From: Octopus sinensis
Lineage: Eukaryota
Direction: 5' to 3'
NCBI RefSeq assembly: GCF_006345805.1
Contig: NC_043012.1
Location: 38,936,001 to 39,000,000, forward strand
DNA: 64,000 nt
The translations under genes were made by a program, and so were the position numbers. Below, piece by piece: positions 1 to 13,655 of this stretch. The notes below the pieces were generated by a model. The model did no database searches. It was given only the letters and a program-made list of their open reading frames with translations, and was not told where the DNA came from. Position 1 is the first letter of the stretch; each line of letters starts with the position of its first letter.

Positions 1-115
1 TTCGTTAATATTTGGAGATTTGGAAAATCAATATATAGGGATAATAATTAAGAACATCGATTTATATATGAGCGTGTGTGTTTCTGTGAATAAAATACAG
101 TTGCGTATATATATT

Positions 116-405
116 ATATTTATATATATATATATATACATGTAGGTATATATATGTATATATACATATATGTATCTATATCTATATATATATATATATG
201 TATAAATATATATTTATTTATGTATATATATATATATATTTATGTATATATATACATATATATATATGTATATATATATATATACATATATATATGCATA
301 CATATATATATTCATGTCTGTATACATATTTATATACATCACAGACACACACACATATATATACATATATACATGTGTGTGTATGTAATTATGACACACA
401 CTTGG
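116..405. repeat. Compound (TA)n/(TATG)n/(CA)n microsatellite, representative of dozens of similar tracts (e.g. 835-955, 3670-3730, 8490-8870, 15940-16135, 37640-37985, 40385-40620, 43900-44120, 47470-47610)
   Basis: Direct reading; explains the YIYI/MYVC/HTHT ORFs on both strands. Confidence 0.97.
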
Positions 406-836
406 CATGATAACTAACATGTAATTGCGTGTCTGTTTACTTAATAAAGATAACCTCAAAAAGCGAAATTATAATCTAGCAAGAAAAAGAAAACTATCAT
501 CCGATGAATATTGTTGCTATTTTCATGTCATTGGTAAATAAGGAGAACGATATTCGTTATGTGTCTGGCTTACTTGGAAGACATCACACAGTGTAGACTC
601 ACCGTAACACAAGGAATACGTATCGATGGAATTGTTACACTAACGATTCTCAATGGTAAACAATGCAATTATAAGCAATTCTGGTTTTGTATGAAAATAC
701 CTGGTACATCTACCGTCAAAAAGATCTGGATAAATTCACACGGTATATTCCAATCTATTTCGTCGTTCCGATGCTCCTTGTTTTAAATAAGATCGCATCC
801 ACTTATCTATCACGCACATACTGTACATGTACGTAC

Positions 837-880
<44 letters not shown>

Positions 881-910
881 TATATATATTATATAATATA
901 TAAATATGAA

Positions 911-956
<46 letters not shown>

Positions 957-1065
957 CAAAATAAGAAAATGGAGAAATACATCGAAATCAAATATCAATT
1001 ACCAGATAATACTCAATCACATACTTTATCCCATGGTGGGTTGCTTTACAACCCCTATCTCAATT

Positions 1066-1137
<72 letters not shown>

Positions 1138-1194
1138 CTGTGTGTACATATTTCCCCCTCCCCTTATTTGTGTAAATGTGTATAGAATAATATA

Positions 1195-1855
1195 TCAGTT
1201 GAATAAAGTTACAACGCGGACTGGTTTTTCACGTTTTCCCATTATTGAATAATTTTTTTTTACAATGTTGAAGTTTGTTAAACATTAAAAAAATAATTTG
1301 CAATGTTTATAATGCTTAATTAGCACTTTCATACGTTCGCAATAATCATCAGATTTCAAAATGTATTGAGTTGAGTTCTTAACGACTGTAGTAAAATGAC
1401 CGACTTCCTTAGAAGGTTCCCACAAGCTTGAATTTTCGAATACGGTTTTGACCAATCAGCATGCAGCTTAAACGTTACGGTTTGCCTGGTGCCCCGATAT
1501 TACTGGTATAGATCCCGCCTTTATTTTAACCTATTAGCTTGCGGTTTACATGTAATGAGTGAGCAAACTCAGTTGGTTTGGATCGTTTTTATTTCAATCG
1601 TTGTGAGTCTTCTGTAATTTGTTTATGTTCATATGTTAAAGATACTTTTTTAAATTCACATCATTGAGTGGTTGATATATTCTTCTTCTTATCTCTGTTC
1701 ACAATAGGTTTGACCACTTTAATAAAACGTTTTTCTTTTATTTTTCTTCCAGCCTCACCTGTGTCGAATAGTTTGTGGAAAGGAAAAATAGAAACATTTT
1801 CTGACCACATGTTTCTATATGTTCGCTCAAGAGAAACGATATCGGTTAAAAATTT
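1195..1855 (-). mobile_element. Penelope-like retroelement 3' remnant (GIY-YIG C-terminus plus 3' region)
   Basis: Minus-strand translation with one frameshift gives LSEHIETCGQKMF/SIFPFHKLFDTGEAGRKIKEKRFIKVVKPIVN, which aligns to LSNHLATCGRKRYIIFPFYKL...ERKIREKNFIDKFEPKLN at 52253-52543. Downstream motifs ctgattggtca and aaaacgtgaaaa are also shared with that element. Confidence 0.8.
1318..1355 (-). ncRNA. Minimal type-I hammerhead ribozyme motif, canonical core
   Basis: Minus strand AAU-CUGAUGA-U[UAU..GUA]U-GAAA-GUGC-UA/AUU: intact CUGAUGA and GAAA, near-palindromic helix III (AGUGCU), 3-bp helix I. Confidence 0.7.
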
Positions 1856-1856
1856 T

Positions 1857-2032
1857 GGCACAAGGCCAGCAATTTCGGTAGAGAAGTGTAAATTGTTTAC
1901 ATCCAACCCCAGAGATCAACTGCTGTATATTCCAGAAAGGATACAAGGCAAAGTCAACCTGGCGGAATTTGAACTAAGAATGGAAAGTCGGACTAAATGC
2001 CGCTAAGAATTTTGTCCGGCATGCTTATAATT
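1857..2032 (-). mobile_element. tRNA-derived SINE family B, degenerate copy truncating the PLE
   Basis: Shares ggcacaaggcc...gcaaagtc(g/a)acct..gcggaatttgaact with the copies at 7246, 42945 and 60250. Confidence 0.75.
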
Positions 2033-2239
2033 TTGGTTACTCGCCGCCATGACCAGGGAAAAAATATAAATTGTTATATCCTTCTGAACGTATGTCAGTA
2101 TCAGAGAGCTCCTCAAGGTGAATGCCACAATGTTAGGCATTGTAATAATACACCTACGTTAAGTAGAATACATACATATATATTATATATATATGTATGT
2201 ATGTATTATGTATGTATGTATGTATGTATGTATGTATAT

Positions 2240-2410
2240 TGTCGCTTTTTCTTAACCTGTTTTTATTTCTGTGTTCCATTCTGTTGAAGAGCGTAGGCCC
2301 GAAATCTAAGAGACTTTCTCACTTCCCGAGCGTTTAACTAATACAGTTGTTTGTTGTTTACACGCCAGTCTTCATCTTCTGTTTTGTTTGTTTTTCGTAA
2401 ATTCCAACTA
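2240..2410 (+). mobile_element. Short PLE-like repeat carrying a hammerhead-like CUGUUGA motif (copy 1, degenerate)
   Basis: Homologous to 14295-14445 (+), 32495-32635 (-) and the truncated copy at 47690-47775 (-); motif ctgttgaagagcgtaggcccgaaa at 2281-2304. Confidence 0.6.
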
Positions 2411-2743
2411 TATACATCTATATTTACTAACCGTTTTATCTAATACTTTTATAGGTTGTATTTTGTATTTGTTTTCTCTTTCATCTGATAATTGATATAT
2501 ATCTCTTATGATAATGAAGCTGTATCCCTTAAGCTAATGCTTTTGTATACACATACCAAGAAGAAATATTACGGAACAGACGTAATTGTAATGAGACGTA
2601 TCTTGTCACCGGAGGAGACACATTTACACCGACTGATGCACCTAAACCAGATGCCACCCGTGAGGAATCAAAACTATTGTAGTGACCAATAAACATACTC
2701 GAATCTTCCACCTTCTGCCTCTCTCATCAATCAAGTGCACGCG

Positions 2744-2774
<31 letters not shown>

Positions 2775-3068
2775 TAGTATAGTAGTATAGTATAGCATAT
2801 TATCGTATAGTGTAGTGTAATATAGTATTAATATAATATCGGTAGTGTAATCTTTGATTAGTTGTCCATTTATATTCTTCCCTTGCCAGACAAAACATTG
2901 TATGAAAAATTCACTGAAATGAAATTGAAATAGAACAGAATCAACGTCAGAGTTCATAAATGGACCAATTCATAGAACAATGGAAACATTCTGTGGTATC
3001 CTTACTCCAGGAACTAGGCAGACAAACCGTAAATACGTGTTATATATAGATTAGAAATACAAGTGTAA

Positions 3069-3336
3069 GCATAGCTGTGTAGTTAAGAGGCTTGCTTCCC
3101 AACCATGTGATCTTGGGTTCAGTCTCAGTGCGTCGCATCTTATAGGCAACTATAGTCCACTATAGCTCTGGATAGACAAAGGCCGTATGAGTGCTTTTAT
3201 CAAAGAGTAAGTGAAAGTAGCCCGTCGTGTGTCTTCCTGTTTGTTCCACATCATCGCTTGACAATAGATTTGTTCCATTGGTCCCTTAAAGGGGTGCCCC
3301 AGTATGGCTGCAATCCAGTGACTGAAGCTAATAAAA
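3069..3336 (+). mobile_element. SINE family A, degenerate
   Basis: gctgtgtagttaagaggcttgcttcccaacca...gggttcagtc head and gactgaa..taaaa tail resemble the copy at 10416. Confidence 0.65.
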
Positions 3337-3665
3337 TGGCATATAACGTGCAGCAAATATATTGAATAGCACAAGAATTTATTGCAACGAAACATTCATT
3401 AGCATTAAAACGAAAAACAAAGAAATTATCGCACGAAACCTCGTTATCAATTACAAATGTTAATACTGCGAGAAAGAGAACAGGGTTCGAATGGACCATG
3501 TGTTTCTCGAACCTCTGATATCAAACATGGTACCTGTAAACTGTGCATGGGAATACGTCACTGTTCAGTTTTGTCAAAATGGATTTACAAAAAGGGGCAA
3601 TAAAAACGGGCATTGTCTAATATAAATAATATAAACTAAATTGTATAATAAAGTATTAGTGAACA

Positions 3666-3731
<66 letters not shown>

Positions 3732-4454
3732 CACAATATACATGATTCCTTTCCGGAAAACAAACAATTACTGGTAGAAGTAATTCTAATAATGCGGCAT
3801 ATAAAGACGCAGTGCATGTTAGAATGATTCGGTGGTTGAGATTCGTAGATGATTCTCTTCTTGTCTCTGTTGTTTCCGAATGAATTTCGTAGACGTTCGA
3901 TGGATGGACTTCGTTAGGAATATAATCCTGACACAGGCTTGTTGATTCAACCGATCATTGGAGGCTAAGAATCGATTATATGGCGTTTAGGAGTGACTTT
4001 ATGGGGTTGCAAGTATATTATCTTCTTTCTTGAGACGAAATACGTGACTCTGAGCAGCATTTGAACGAAGAATATAGATAGTCATAACCCTGATACTTCA
4101 CAAGATATTTCCTCTGACGTTTTAAGCGATTCTGATATATTTATTTATTAATCTGCTGTAGATCTTCCGTTCAGTTTCCACCCACGCTATATTATGGAAG
4201 ACAGTTCCGTTCAAACAAGGTAATAGTGGAGAATATTAGCAAAGGCCCTGCAGAATAACTTTGCAAACAAAATCACGTTATTGCGAAACAAATCTTCTAA
4301 CTACGTGATGATGCCTGCTAGAAATGGCTGCTAATCAATGTAGGCCTATATTTTTGTCACGTTTATCTCCGATACGTCTTGGATAGGGGTCAACGCTATG
4401 CAGAGTCTTCAAGATTTGTGATACATTGTAATTTTAAATCTAAAAGATTTCTCT

Positions 4455-4495
<41 letters not shown>

Positions 4496-5197
4496 TGTGC
4501 ACTGTAATGTACGAGCTAGCGAGGGAGCCTCTCCAAGAACATTTAACTTGCTAGAAACAATAACTAAGTATTCATTAGGTTACAGCCGTTTAAAACAAAG
4601 AAATCACACATATTACCAAAGAGGGAATCTGTTCTCGGATGTGTGATTAACTCCAGATAACATACAAGTTGACCTCAAGTCATATCCTACCGTTCTGCTG
4701 TAATCCTAGATACACTGTTCCAGAAAAACGACGATAGATGAATGTTAACTGCTGGAAATCATTGAATCGCTGGTCTGCTGATTCGGAAATGATCGGTAGT
4801 TAAACAACAGAAACAAGAACACCATTATCAACAATAACAACAACAACAACAACAACAACACCAACGATAACAAAAAGAGCAATGTCAGTCACAAAAAAAA
4901 ATAGAAAACGAAAACATTAGAGAGAAAAATACAAAAAACTATTTATATTAAATGCATTTAAGTATTGGTTACACCTGCTCCAAGTATTTCTTTTTTCTTT
5001 TTTTGTTTTTTCAAAACGATTGATTGTCGATAGAGATGTTTCCAGACGCTCTTGCACCAATTTAGAATCATCTGCTAGAAGTCTTCAACATTCTTCACAT
5101 TCTCTTCAATGTTAGTTTTAGTAATTGTGTACATTTACAATTCAAATCCATTCTTTGTTGGGTGTCGTTGTTGTTGTTGTTGTTGTCATGGTTTGGC

Positions 5198-5228
<31 letters not shown>

Positions 5229-5488
5229 TTATTTCTTAAATATCCAACTTTCATTAAACTGCTATTAGTTGTAACCCACTAAGCATTTTTTTTTTATTTA
5301 TACATCTTCATTAGTTCACTTTCGTCAATTTTATTGCCGACGTTCAGTAGATTTCCTTTGTAGAAACATTTCGTTTGATTTAGTGAGATTGATTCTGGTT
5401 TCAATTAATGTCTGTTATATATACACACATACATACATACATACATACATATACATATATATATATTATATATATACATATATATTAA

Positions 5489-5534
<46 letters not shown>

Positions 5535-6477
5535 GATATACTATATATACCAAAAGAGAGGGAGAAATAAGAGTCGGTTTCGCTCAGTTCCGTTTGTGGA
5601 AACTCGTTGTGTAAATTTCAGTTTTTGTTTGGTTCTTCTATAATAAAACTTTGGCTAACAACGTTATCTTTTTACTGGAATTTTCTTTTGTTTACTTTTG
5701 TTTAACCCTAGGTCAACGCTGTTCCAGCAGCCCTAAGATCAATGATATTCTAGCTGTGCTACTCCTCACCTTGATAGGATATGCGCGATTACATCATCTG
5801 GTATCACGTTTCCTTAAAGCAGCATGTTGTGATATAAAGGAAACCTGGTTGGTATTTCTACTGGGTTAGATGGCTATATAGAGGCTCACTTCTATCTGGT
5901 AGATTTGTCTCTGTAACTGATTCTTCAATTTGTGAGAATTGTATTTTGTTTTTCTTTCCTTAGTGGCATTAATTTAATCAGAAAACTTTAAAACAAAGAA
6001 TGGACTTCAACATCCTCGGTTTTCATAAATTTATTTTTCTTTCCAAAGACTACTAAGCTTTTAAACTAATATTGATTTTATTTAAATACCCGATTTCTAA
6101 ATTGTTTCTGTTCCTGCCACTGCGGTTGATTAGCCTAGGTTAGTTCTAATTGAATAGAATTCTGATGAGAGGCGTTCAAGCCGTGACTATCCCGCTTCTT
6201 TTCTAGACTGTATGTACAAAAGAACACAATCTCAAATGAATTCTTTCATTTGGGTTTCGTTCAACTATTTCTTCCTGATAATTTCACCACATCGAGACAC
6301 CATTGCAGTTTCCTCAATATCAAATATTTATTTGTTTTAGATCCATATTTGAAGGATTTAAATTTTTAACTCATACAGTGGACTGTTTTATAATTTGGGT
6401 AACTGAGGAAACCTATTGAAATTCTGTTATGTTTTAAGTGTCGTTTTAATGAATTTGACATTTCTAGGGTGTAACTC

Positions 6478-6791
6478 GTGGAGGCATACAGCCTAGGGGT
6501 CAGAGCAACTGACTTGCAGTCTAGGGATCGCGGGATGGAATCTCAGACCGGGCGATGTGTATATTTATGAGCGAAACACCTAAGCTCCACGCGGCTCCGG
6601 CAGAAGGTAATAATGAACCTCTGCTGACATTTTCGCAACAACTTTCTCTCACTCATTCCTCCTGCATCTTGCAGTTCATCTGCGACGGATCGGCGTCCCG
6701 TCCAGGTGGAGAACCTATACGCCAAGGAAACCGGGGAGCCGGCCCCTATGACCCAGGCATGGCTCGAGTAGGAACAAACAACAACAGCAAC
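6478..6791 (+). mobile_element. Modular SINE: head C plus tail T3
   Basis: Head matches 18042 (cagaccgggcg...gagcgaaacacctaagctccacg). Tail ctgcgacggatcggcgtcccgtccagg...gaaaccgggg matches 34520-34610 and ends in (CAA)n. Confidence 0.8.
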
Positions 6792-7245
6792 TCAATGCTC
6801 CTCAACCATTTTCCCCTATGGACCCCTTTCATAACTGTATTACTCGACTGGATCACATTAAGGCATTATATAAAGAAATCCTACTGTATTTTCATAACTA
6901 TATATCATTAGGAGTTGAATTAAAGAATGATCAAAATATTTTGCGTATTGTGCGTGTATAAGCAATTTATTACACATAAGTTTAAACAACGGAATCTAGC
7001 ATAATCCCTTGTCGGGAAAACCTATGATCAAAGATGACCGCATTACACAAATCCTTGTCTGGACTACGGATTTATGACTGCAGTATAAGAGTTGAGTTTT
7101 GGTAGCTATTTTCAGCAAGTTGTCAGCCCATGCAAAGGATACCTAATTGTTTCACAAGAGTCCATATTTATTTTGTCCAGTTTTGCGCTTTTTGTTTATA
7201 CAGAATTGAGAATCCTGTTACTGGATATATTTTACTCTTTTCTTC

Positions 7246-7636
7246 TCTAGGCACAAGGCGTGAAATTTTTAGGAAGGGGGCTCAGTCGATTAAATCGACC
7301 CCTGTACGTAACTGGTACTTAATTTATCGACCCCGAGAGGATGAAATGCAAAGTCGACCTCAGCGGAATTTGAGTTCAGAACGCAAAGACAGACGAAATA
7401 CCTATTTCTTTACTGCCCACAAGCGGCTACACACAGAGGGGACAAACAAGAACAGACAAACGAATTAAGTCGATTATATCGACCCCAGTGCGTAACTGGT
7501 AGTTATTTAATCGACCCCGAAAGGATGAAAGGCAAAGTTGACCTCGGCAGAATTTGAAATCAGTACTTAGCGGCAGACGAAATACTTCTAAGCATTTCGC
7601 CCGCCGTGCTAATGTTTTTGCCAGCTCATCGCCTTC
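7246..7636 (-). mobile_element. SINE family B, internally duplicated (dimeric) form
   Basis: The block atcgacccc..aactggta.ttaatttatcgacccc..ggatgaaa.gcaaagt.gacctc.gc.gaatttga occurs twice; same architecture at 60250-60635. Confidence 0.9.
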
Positions 7637-8518
7637 CTTGATGTTTTTTTTTTCGTTCCGCATCCAGATCTAATACTTACGTATTTGGATGTTTTCTTCA
7701 TACTGAAAGCTTCTCTCCCAGCTATCTTTGTATTAAGAAGCGATAGGCCCCTGCACAGTCGTTCGACTCCGTTCACCACCACGAGATGACACCTTGGGTG
7801 TCTTTAGCGGAGTTCACTTTGTTGCAATTATAATTCCAAGTCGATGAGAATTAATCTGAGCCAGAGAATCATAAATTGCTTCAGCCCTCTTTTAATGTGT
7901 AATTACAACCTTTTCTATTCTGTAAGGCCTCATTTTCATGGTTCAGTATTTATATTCTCATGTTCTGTTGTGTATATTTTTCAACGACAGGAAAATATTT
8001 ACTACCTCGTTGAATATTTAAATAGTTAATCTATTTATATAGTCCTATGTCTTAAAGATTTATACGTATTAGGTTAAAAGACTGAGGCATTTATCCTGTT
8101 TGTTTGTATTGGTGCTGTTTCGCTTTATTATAAACGTTTAGAATTCTATAGATAACAATAGAGGGAGTGGATATTCATTGGTGCCTGTGACAGGTTTATT
8201 GTGTTAAAGAGCTCTTCAGTTCTTCTGCTGACGGTTTTATTTTCTTTGAGAGGTACTCCAAACTTTGAAACGTCATTTCTCGATTCGTTTCCTTTCGTAG
8301 TACTTTACAATATTTACACGATAGGGCGGTTTCAGCCAACCCCCACACACGCTCACAGCCACGAAATACACCTACCACGCGTCCGCGCCTACGTGTGTAT
8401 ACATGAACGTGTATCTGTGCGTATATCTCGCACACATATATCTACATATATTCCAGTAATATATACATATGCATATACATACTTACATACTTGCATATAT
8501 ATATATATATATATATAT

Positions 8519-8567
<49 letters not shown>

Positions 8568-8818
8568 TATATGTACATATATATGTGTGTGTGTATGTGT
8601 ACAAATGCAATAACTGTTTATAATATATATGCTGTATCCCTGAGTATGATTAACAAATATATAAAGAACTTAATTAAATATATTCTCTCACTCATACATA
8701 CATACAGACATACTTCTATATAATATATATATATTATATATATATATACACATATTTATATATATATATGTATATATATACATATATACATATATACATA
8801 TATTATGTATATCCTATT

Positions 8819-8858
<40 letters not shown>

Positions 8859-9102
8859 TATATATATATATTTCTTTTCTGTACAATTTTTTAGAAATAA
8901 ATTAAATTTTCTTCGTCTAAGTGTCGTTGTTAATCTTGTATTTCAAATTTTGAATTTAAAACCCTTATCGTTTCTCCCCCACATTATCCTGCATCATCAT
9001 CATCAGCAGCATCATCTCTGTTGTATCGTCGTCTTTATGTCATTGCTGATTATGTGATAATCGTCATTAAAAAGTAAAATATATGTTTCCTTCTCGAGTC
9101 AT

Positions 9103-9332
9103 GTCAGTCTCATGAGGGTCAGTTTCCTGTTTTCAATGGCGTACATACCCCCTACCGGGGCGGAATGCCTGTCCGTGGCAGGGTTACTCATGTTTGCCAC
9201 CTGACTAGATTGGAGCAACGTGAAATGAAGTGTTTTGCTCAAGAACACAACGCATCGGCCAGTCTAGGATTCGAAACAGAAATGTTACGATCCTGAACCC
9301 AACACCCTAAGCACCAATCCACGCGCCTCCAC
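9103..9332 (-). mobile_element. Modular SINE: head D plus tail T3
   Basis: Collinear with 34520-34757 (ggagcaacgtgaaatgaagtgttttgctcaagaacacaac). Confidence 0.8.
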
Positions 9333-9429
9333 TGTTATCGTCATTATCATTATGGTTGTTGCAGCCGTTGTGGAGCACGCTGTCATCACCATCGGTGGGA
9401 GCAGATGCAGTAGCTGTGGCAACGGAGGG

Positions 9430-9840
9430 GGAGCAGGATAGGTACGAGGAAAAGAAGAACGGAAAGATGTTGATGAAAAAGAAAATAAAGGAGCGAGGAG
9501 AAAAAAATGACGGTAATTAAGAAGGAAAAGAAGAATGAGATGGAGAAGGAGATGAAGGAGAAGGAGATAAAGAAAGAGCTAAAGAAGAGGGAAAAGAAGA
9601 TGAAGGATATGGAGAGGGAATGAAGGGGAAGGGGAGATGAAAAAGATGAGGAAGATAAGGAAAGAGTATGCGATGAAAAAGAAAGAGAAAGGAAGAAGAA
9701 AAAAGAAGAGAAGAAGAAAGGAGAAGAAGGAGAAAGAGGAGAAGAGAAGAAGAAGGAGAAAGAAGAAGAAGAAGAAGAAGAAGAAGAAGAAGAAGAAGGA
9801 AAAAAGAAGAAGAAGAAGAAGAAGAAGAAGAAGAAGGGTA
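9430..9840. repeat. Polypurine/(GAA)n tract
   Basis: Almost pure A/G on the + strand, ending in (GAA)n; similar tracts at 15130-15470, 23860-24090 and 36800-37320. Confidence 0.95.
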
Positions 9841-10415
9841 TTCTTTTCGTCTTAATTTTCCATTTGGTATCATTTATTAATTTAACGCCATATAACCCTA
9901 GGTCAACTATGGTCAGGCAGTAATATGATCGAAGTAATTTCAGTCGTCGCTATTTATCTTCGTCATTTTCGAATAAAGGTCAGGAACATTCTGCGATATT
10001 CTCTGACTTAAGGGAGATCTGGAAGAAAATATGTTCTCGGCAGCATATTTACATCTCACCTTTAACTTTAACATGATATCATAGAATCAGGCCCGGAAAC
10101 CTGGTGGCAAAGAAATGAGTGTCACTTGCCTTGCAGGAAAATATGATCTCGTCAACATCTTTACACCTGACCGAAGCTCTCACCTTCACGACATAGAATC
10201 CAGCGAGGAAGCCCAATAGCGATGTAATGTATATTGATAAGCTTCGTGGAGACAATCTCCATCAAACAAACGACAGCATGGAAAGGAATAGAATATCACG
10301 TGATTTAGACAAATCAACAATTTACCAGAGAGAAAGACCCTAGCGATGGGTAAGAATACACAGCAAGCACAAACAAGCCAAGCCCGGCACATAAAATAAT
10401 ATAAACAGACTAAGA

Positions 10416-11030
10416 GTGGCTGTGTGGTAAGTAGCTTGCATACCAGCCTCATGGTTCCTAGTTCAGTCCCATTGCGTGGAACCTTGGGCAAGTGTCTTCT
10501 ACTATAGTCTGGGGCCGACCAAAGCCTTGTGGATGCATTTGGTAGACGGAAACTGAAAGAAGCCCCCCGTATATATGTATATATATTTATATATGTGTGT
10601 ATGTGTGTGTATATTTTTGTGTGTGTCCCCAACATCGCTTAATAACCCATGTTGGTGTGTTTACGTCACCGTAACTTAGCGGTTCGGCAAAAGTGACCGA
10701 TTGTATAAGTACTGACTGAAACAAGTAAAAGAGTAAAAGAGACTAAGTGCAGGACCGGGGACACAGGAGGCGTCTGGATTAGCAGCCGCTCTTTGTGTTG
10801 AAGAAGCCCGTTGCATGTGTGTGTGTGTGTGTGTGTGTGTTTGTTGCCCCACCATCGATTGACAACCGATATTGGTGTATTTACGTCCCCGTAACTTAGC
10901 AGTTCAGCCAAAAGGAAACCGATAGAATAAGTACTAGACTTAAAAACAATAATTCCTGGGATCGATGTGTTCGACTAAATCGGTGGTCCCGCTATGCCGC
11001 AGTCAAATAACTAAAATAAAAAATAAAAGA
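10416..11030 (+). mobile_element. SINE family A: full copy followed by a second, 5'-decayed copy
   Basis: gtggctgtgtggtaagtagcttgc head with ccttgggcaagtgtcttc (CORE-like segment). The 3' module (tttacgtc.ccgtaacttagc.gttc.gc.aaa) occurs twice. Confidence 0.85.
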
Positions 11031-11067
11031 CTATAAGAATGCACAAACACACACACACACACACACA

Positions 11068-11115
<48 letters not shown>

Positions 11116-12352
11116 CCTGTGTGTCGTAGATTGAAAAATTGATAGAAAGACAGAGGAGAGAGAGAGGAATATCAAGAAGGGAGACAAGGGAGGAATCTGG
11201 GAACGGCAAAGTGTAGAAGAAAAAAGGAAAGAAGGAAGAGTTTATTTAGACTTTTGTTCTTTCATTTGATCTTCTTTCAGTTCCTTCCAAGAAATCTCTT
11301 GTTGGCTGATTTCTGTTCTTCATAGTGTTTATGAATCTTTGAACAGGTTTCATAATTGGATAAAAATCGACCAACCAGAAAACAGATTACATGCAGAAAG
11401 TACTTCGGAGCGAACGAAATATACTTATTTTAAATAGATGTATTTTCATTGTGTAAGGTTTGGATTTTAGGAGAGAATTTGTTTATGCTTTCATTCCGAC
11501 TACTCATGTGAACACATTAGTGTGTTTAGAACATTTAACATTAAACATATGTTGTGTGGTGAATGGCATTAAGGCGACTAACACAATGCATGTGTGTGTG
11601 CGTGCAGGTGTGTGTGTGTGTGTGTGTATGCGAATTAGTGGTCTATTGCGTTTATAATAAAGAAAATCGTACCCACTAAACGAAGGGGGGGGGTTATACT
11701 GCTTTTGAAGCAGAAGCATTTCAAAACATTTCTCCGCAGCGTTTATTCAAACAACTGAAACGTGCAAACACCGCAACCGTGTATAAACTAGCATCTTCAC
11801 AAACACATTAGAATATAAGAGAGTATCTAAGTCTGATTAGTTACCAAGATATCGTCATTAGATAAAAATATCATATGGTCTGCTTATGTTAACAGGTGTT
11901 AGGATTATTTTTAATTTAATAAGGCTCCGGCAACAAATATTATCTCCATGATTAATCATTTATCATATATGATTACAAACATTTTAAACTTCATAATATC
12001 ATGCTGTTTCAATATATTAATTCTTTGAATAATTGGTGAGCATAGGACATGCGCTTTATCGCAGAATTGCTGTTGCTGAATAAAAACACAACCGTTAGAA
12101 CGGTTTCAGTTTTATCAGAGACATGTCAATATAGAATTACGCGACGTATGGAAAATATGAGAAAAACTATCTTAATTAAAATCCCAATTTGACAGATATT
12201 TTGTTTCATAAAAAAAACTAGAGAAAATATAATTAAAGCATATATCTCTATAGCAATAAAATGTATTTAATTAAAAGTTATTGAAGCAAAAATAAGTTTC
12301 TTCATAAACGGCACCGTCAGAAACGCCGAGTATCACTACTTATTCAAATCTG

Positions 12353-12652
12353 ATCACGTGACCGACCAGACCATCAGATGTTGTTACACATCGCTGGTCA
12401 CAATGCGTTCGCATTGTTTTAGCCTTCGAATGACGCCACACCGCTGGCTAAGCGAGCAAGCCAACAGAAGAAAGAGTAAAAGAAAGTGTGGTGAAAGAGT
12501 ACAGCAGGGATCACCAACCCCTGCCGGAGCCTCGTGGAGCTTCTTAGGTGTTATCGTTCAATAAACACTCACAACGCCCGGTCTGGGAATCGAAACCGCG
12601 ATCCTACGACCGCGAGTCCGCTGCCCTAACCACTGGGCCATTGCGCCTCCAC
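12353..12652 (-). mobile_element. Modular SINE: tRNA-Arg-like head C plus tail T2
   Basis: Reverse complement nearly identical to the 18042 head; tail matches 31325-31453 and ends in gtcacgtgatc. Confidence 0.9.
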
Positions 12653-13196
12653 ACTTATTCAAATACATACCTAAAAATAAATCATGGATTTGACACTTTC
12701 AATATAAATTTATGTATATTTCGTGAGTTTATATCCCCGCCGGCTTGCATCAAGATACATTAGAATGTGTATATATTAAGACGATCGTTTATATAAAAAC
12801 ACGCGGTGTACATTGAGTTCAAGCATTTCAAATCGACGCGCGCACGCATTCTTACACGTACGTACGAGTTTATATCTCTGTACATGCTTATGTTGTGTGT
12901 ATATTTTCTTAACACTAGAAGCAAGCGCACGCAAGAATGTGTATTAACGTACATAAATCTGATAAATAAGTATATATACATGCTTATGTATGTGTGTGTG
13001 TGTGTGTGTGTGCGTATACATATATATGTAGATAGATACTAGATATATGTATATATATATTCACATGTCTGTATATATACAAATACATATGTTTGTATAT
13101 ATATACAAACACACACATAGACACAGCGATTATAAATTATATATATATATACATACACACACATATATATGCATACATATAATGCATATGAATATG

Positions 13197-13238
<42 letters not shown>

Positions 13239-13243
13239 ATAAT

Positions 13244-13288
<45 letters not shown>

Positions 13289-13439
13289 GGTATAAGTGCA
13301 CCAACATTTCACAAAGTTAAAATCTAAACCGAATTTCTAAGCAAGACAGTTTGTATCCCCGAATATCTTCACTTGAAATAAATAATTTATTCATCTACCA
13401 CCAGTCGTGGTTTTGCTGCCTAGACACGGCGAGGTGATG

Positions 13440-13655
13440 ACACATGGCTTACCGTTGTGGTACTCCGCTCACGATCCTAATGTCAGGAATTCCGTTCCTG
13501 GTGAGGCGTTGTATTCTTGAGCAACACACTTCATTTTACGTTGTTCCTGTCCACTCAGCTGGTCAAAATGAATTTGAATTTTAATCCAAAGGCTTGGCCT
13601 TGTCAGTTTCTTTGTCTGTCACGCTGAATCTCCTTGAGAACTACGTTAAGGGTAC
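13440..13655 (+). mobile_element. Modular SINE: head D plus truncated tail T1
   Basis: ttcttgagcaacacacttcattttacgttg..tccactcagctgg followed by ggccttgtca..tgtcacgctgaatctccttgagaactacgttaagggtac. Confidence 0.75.

Noticed and set aside
675-830. Membrane-protein-like ORF (YENTWYIYRQKDLDKFTRYIPIYFVVPMLL) and a possible minus-strand exon at 701-775
   Set aside because: Bounded by stops and microsatellite, no convincing splice pair, no recognisable family
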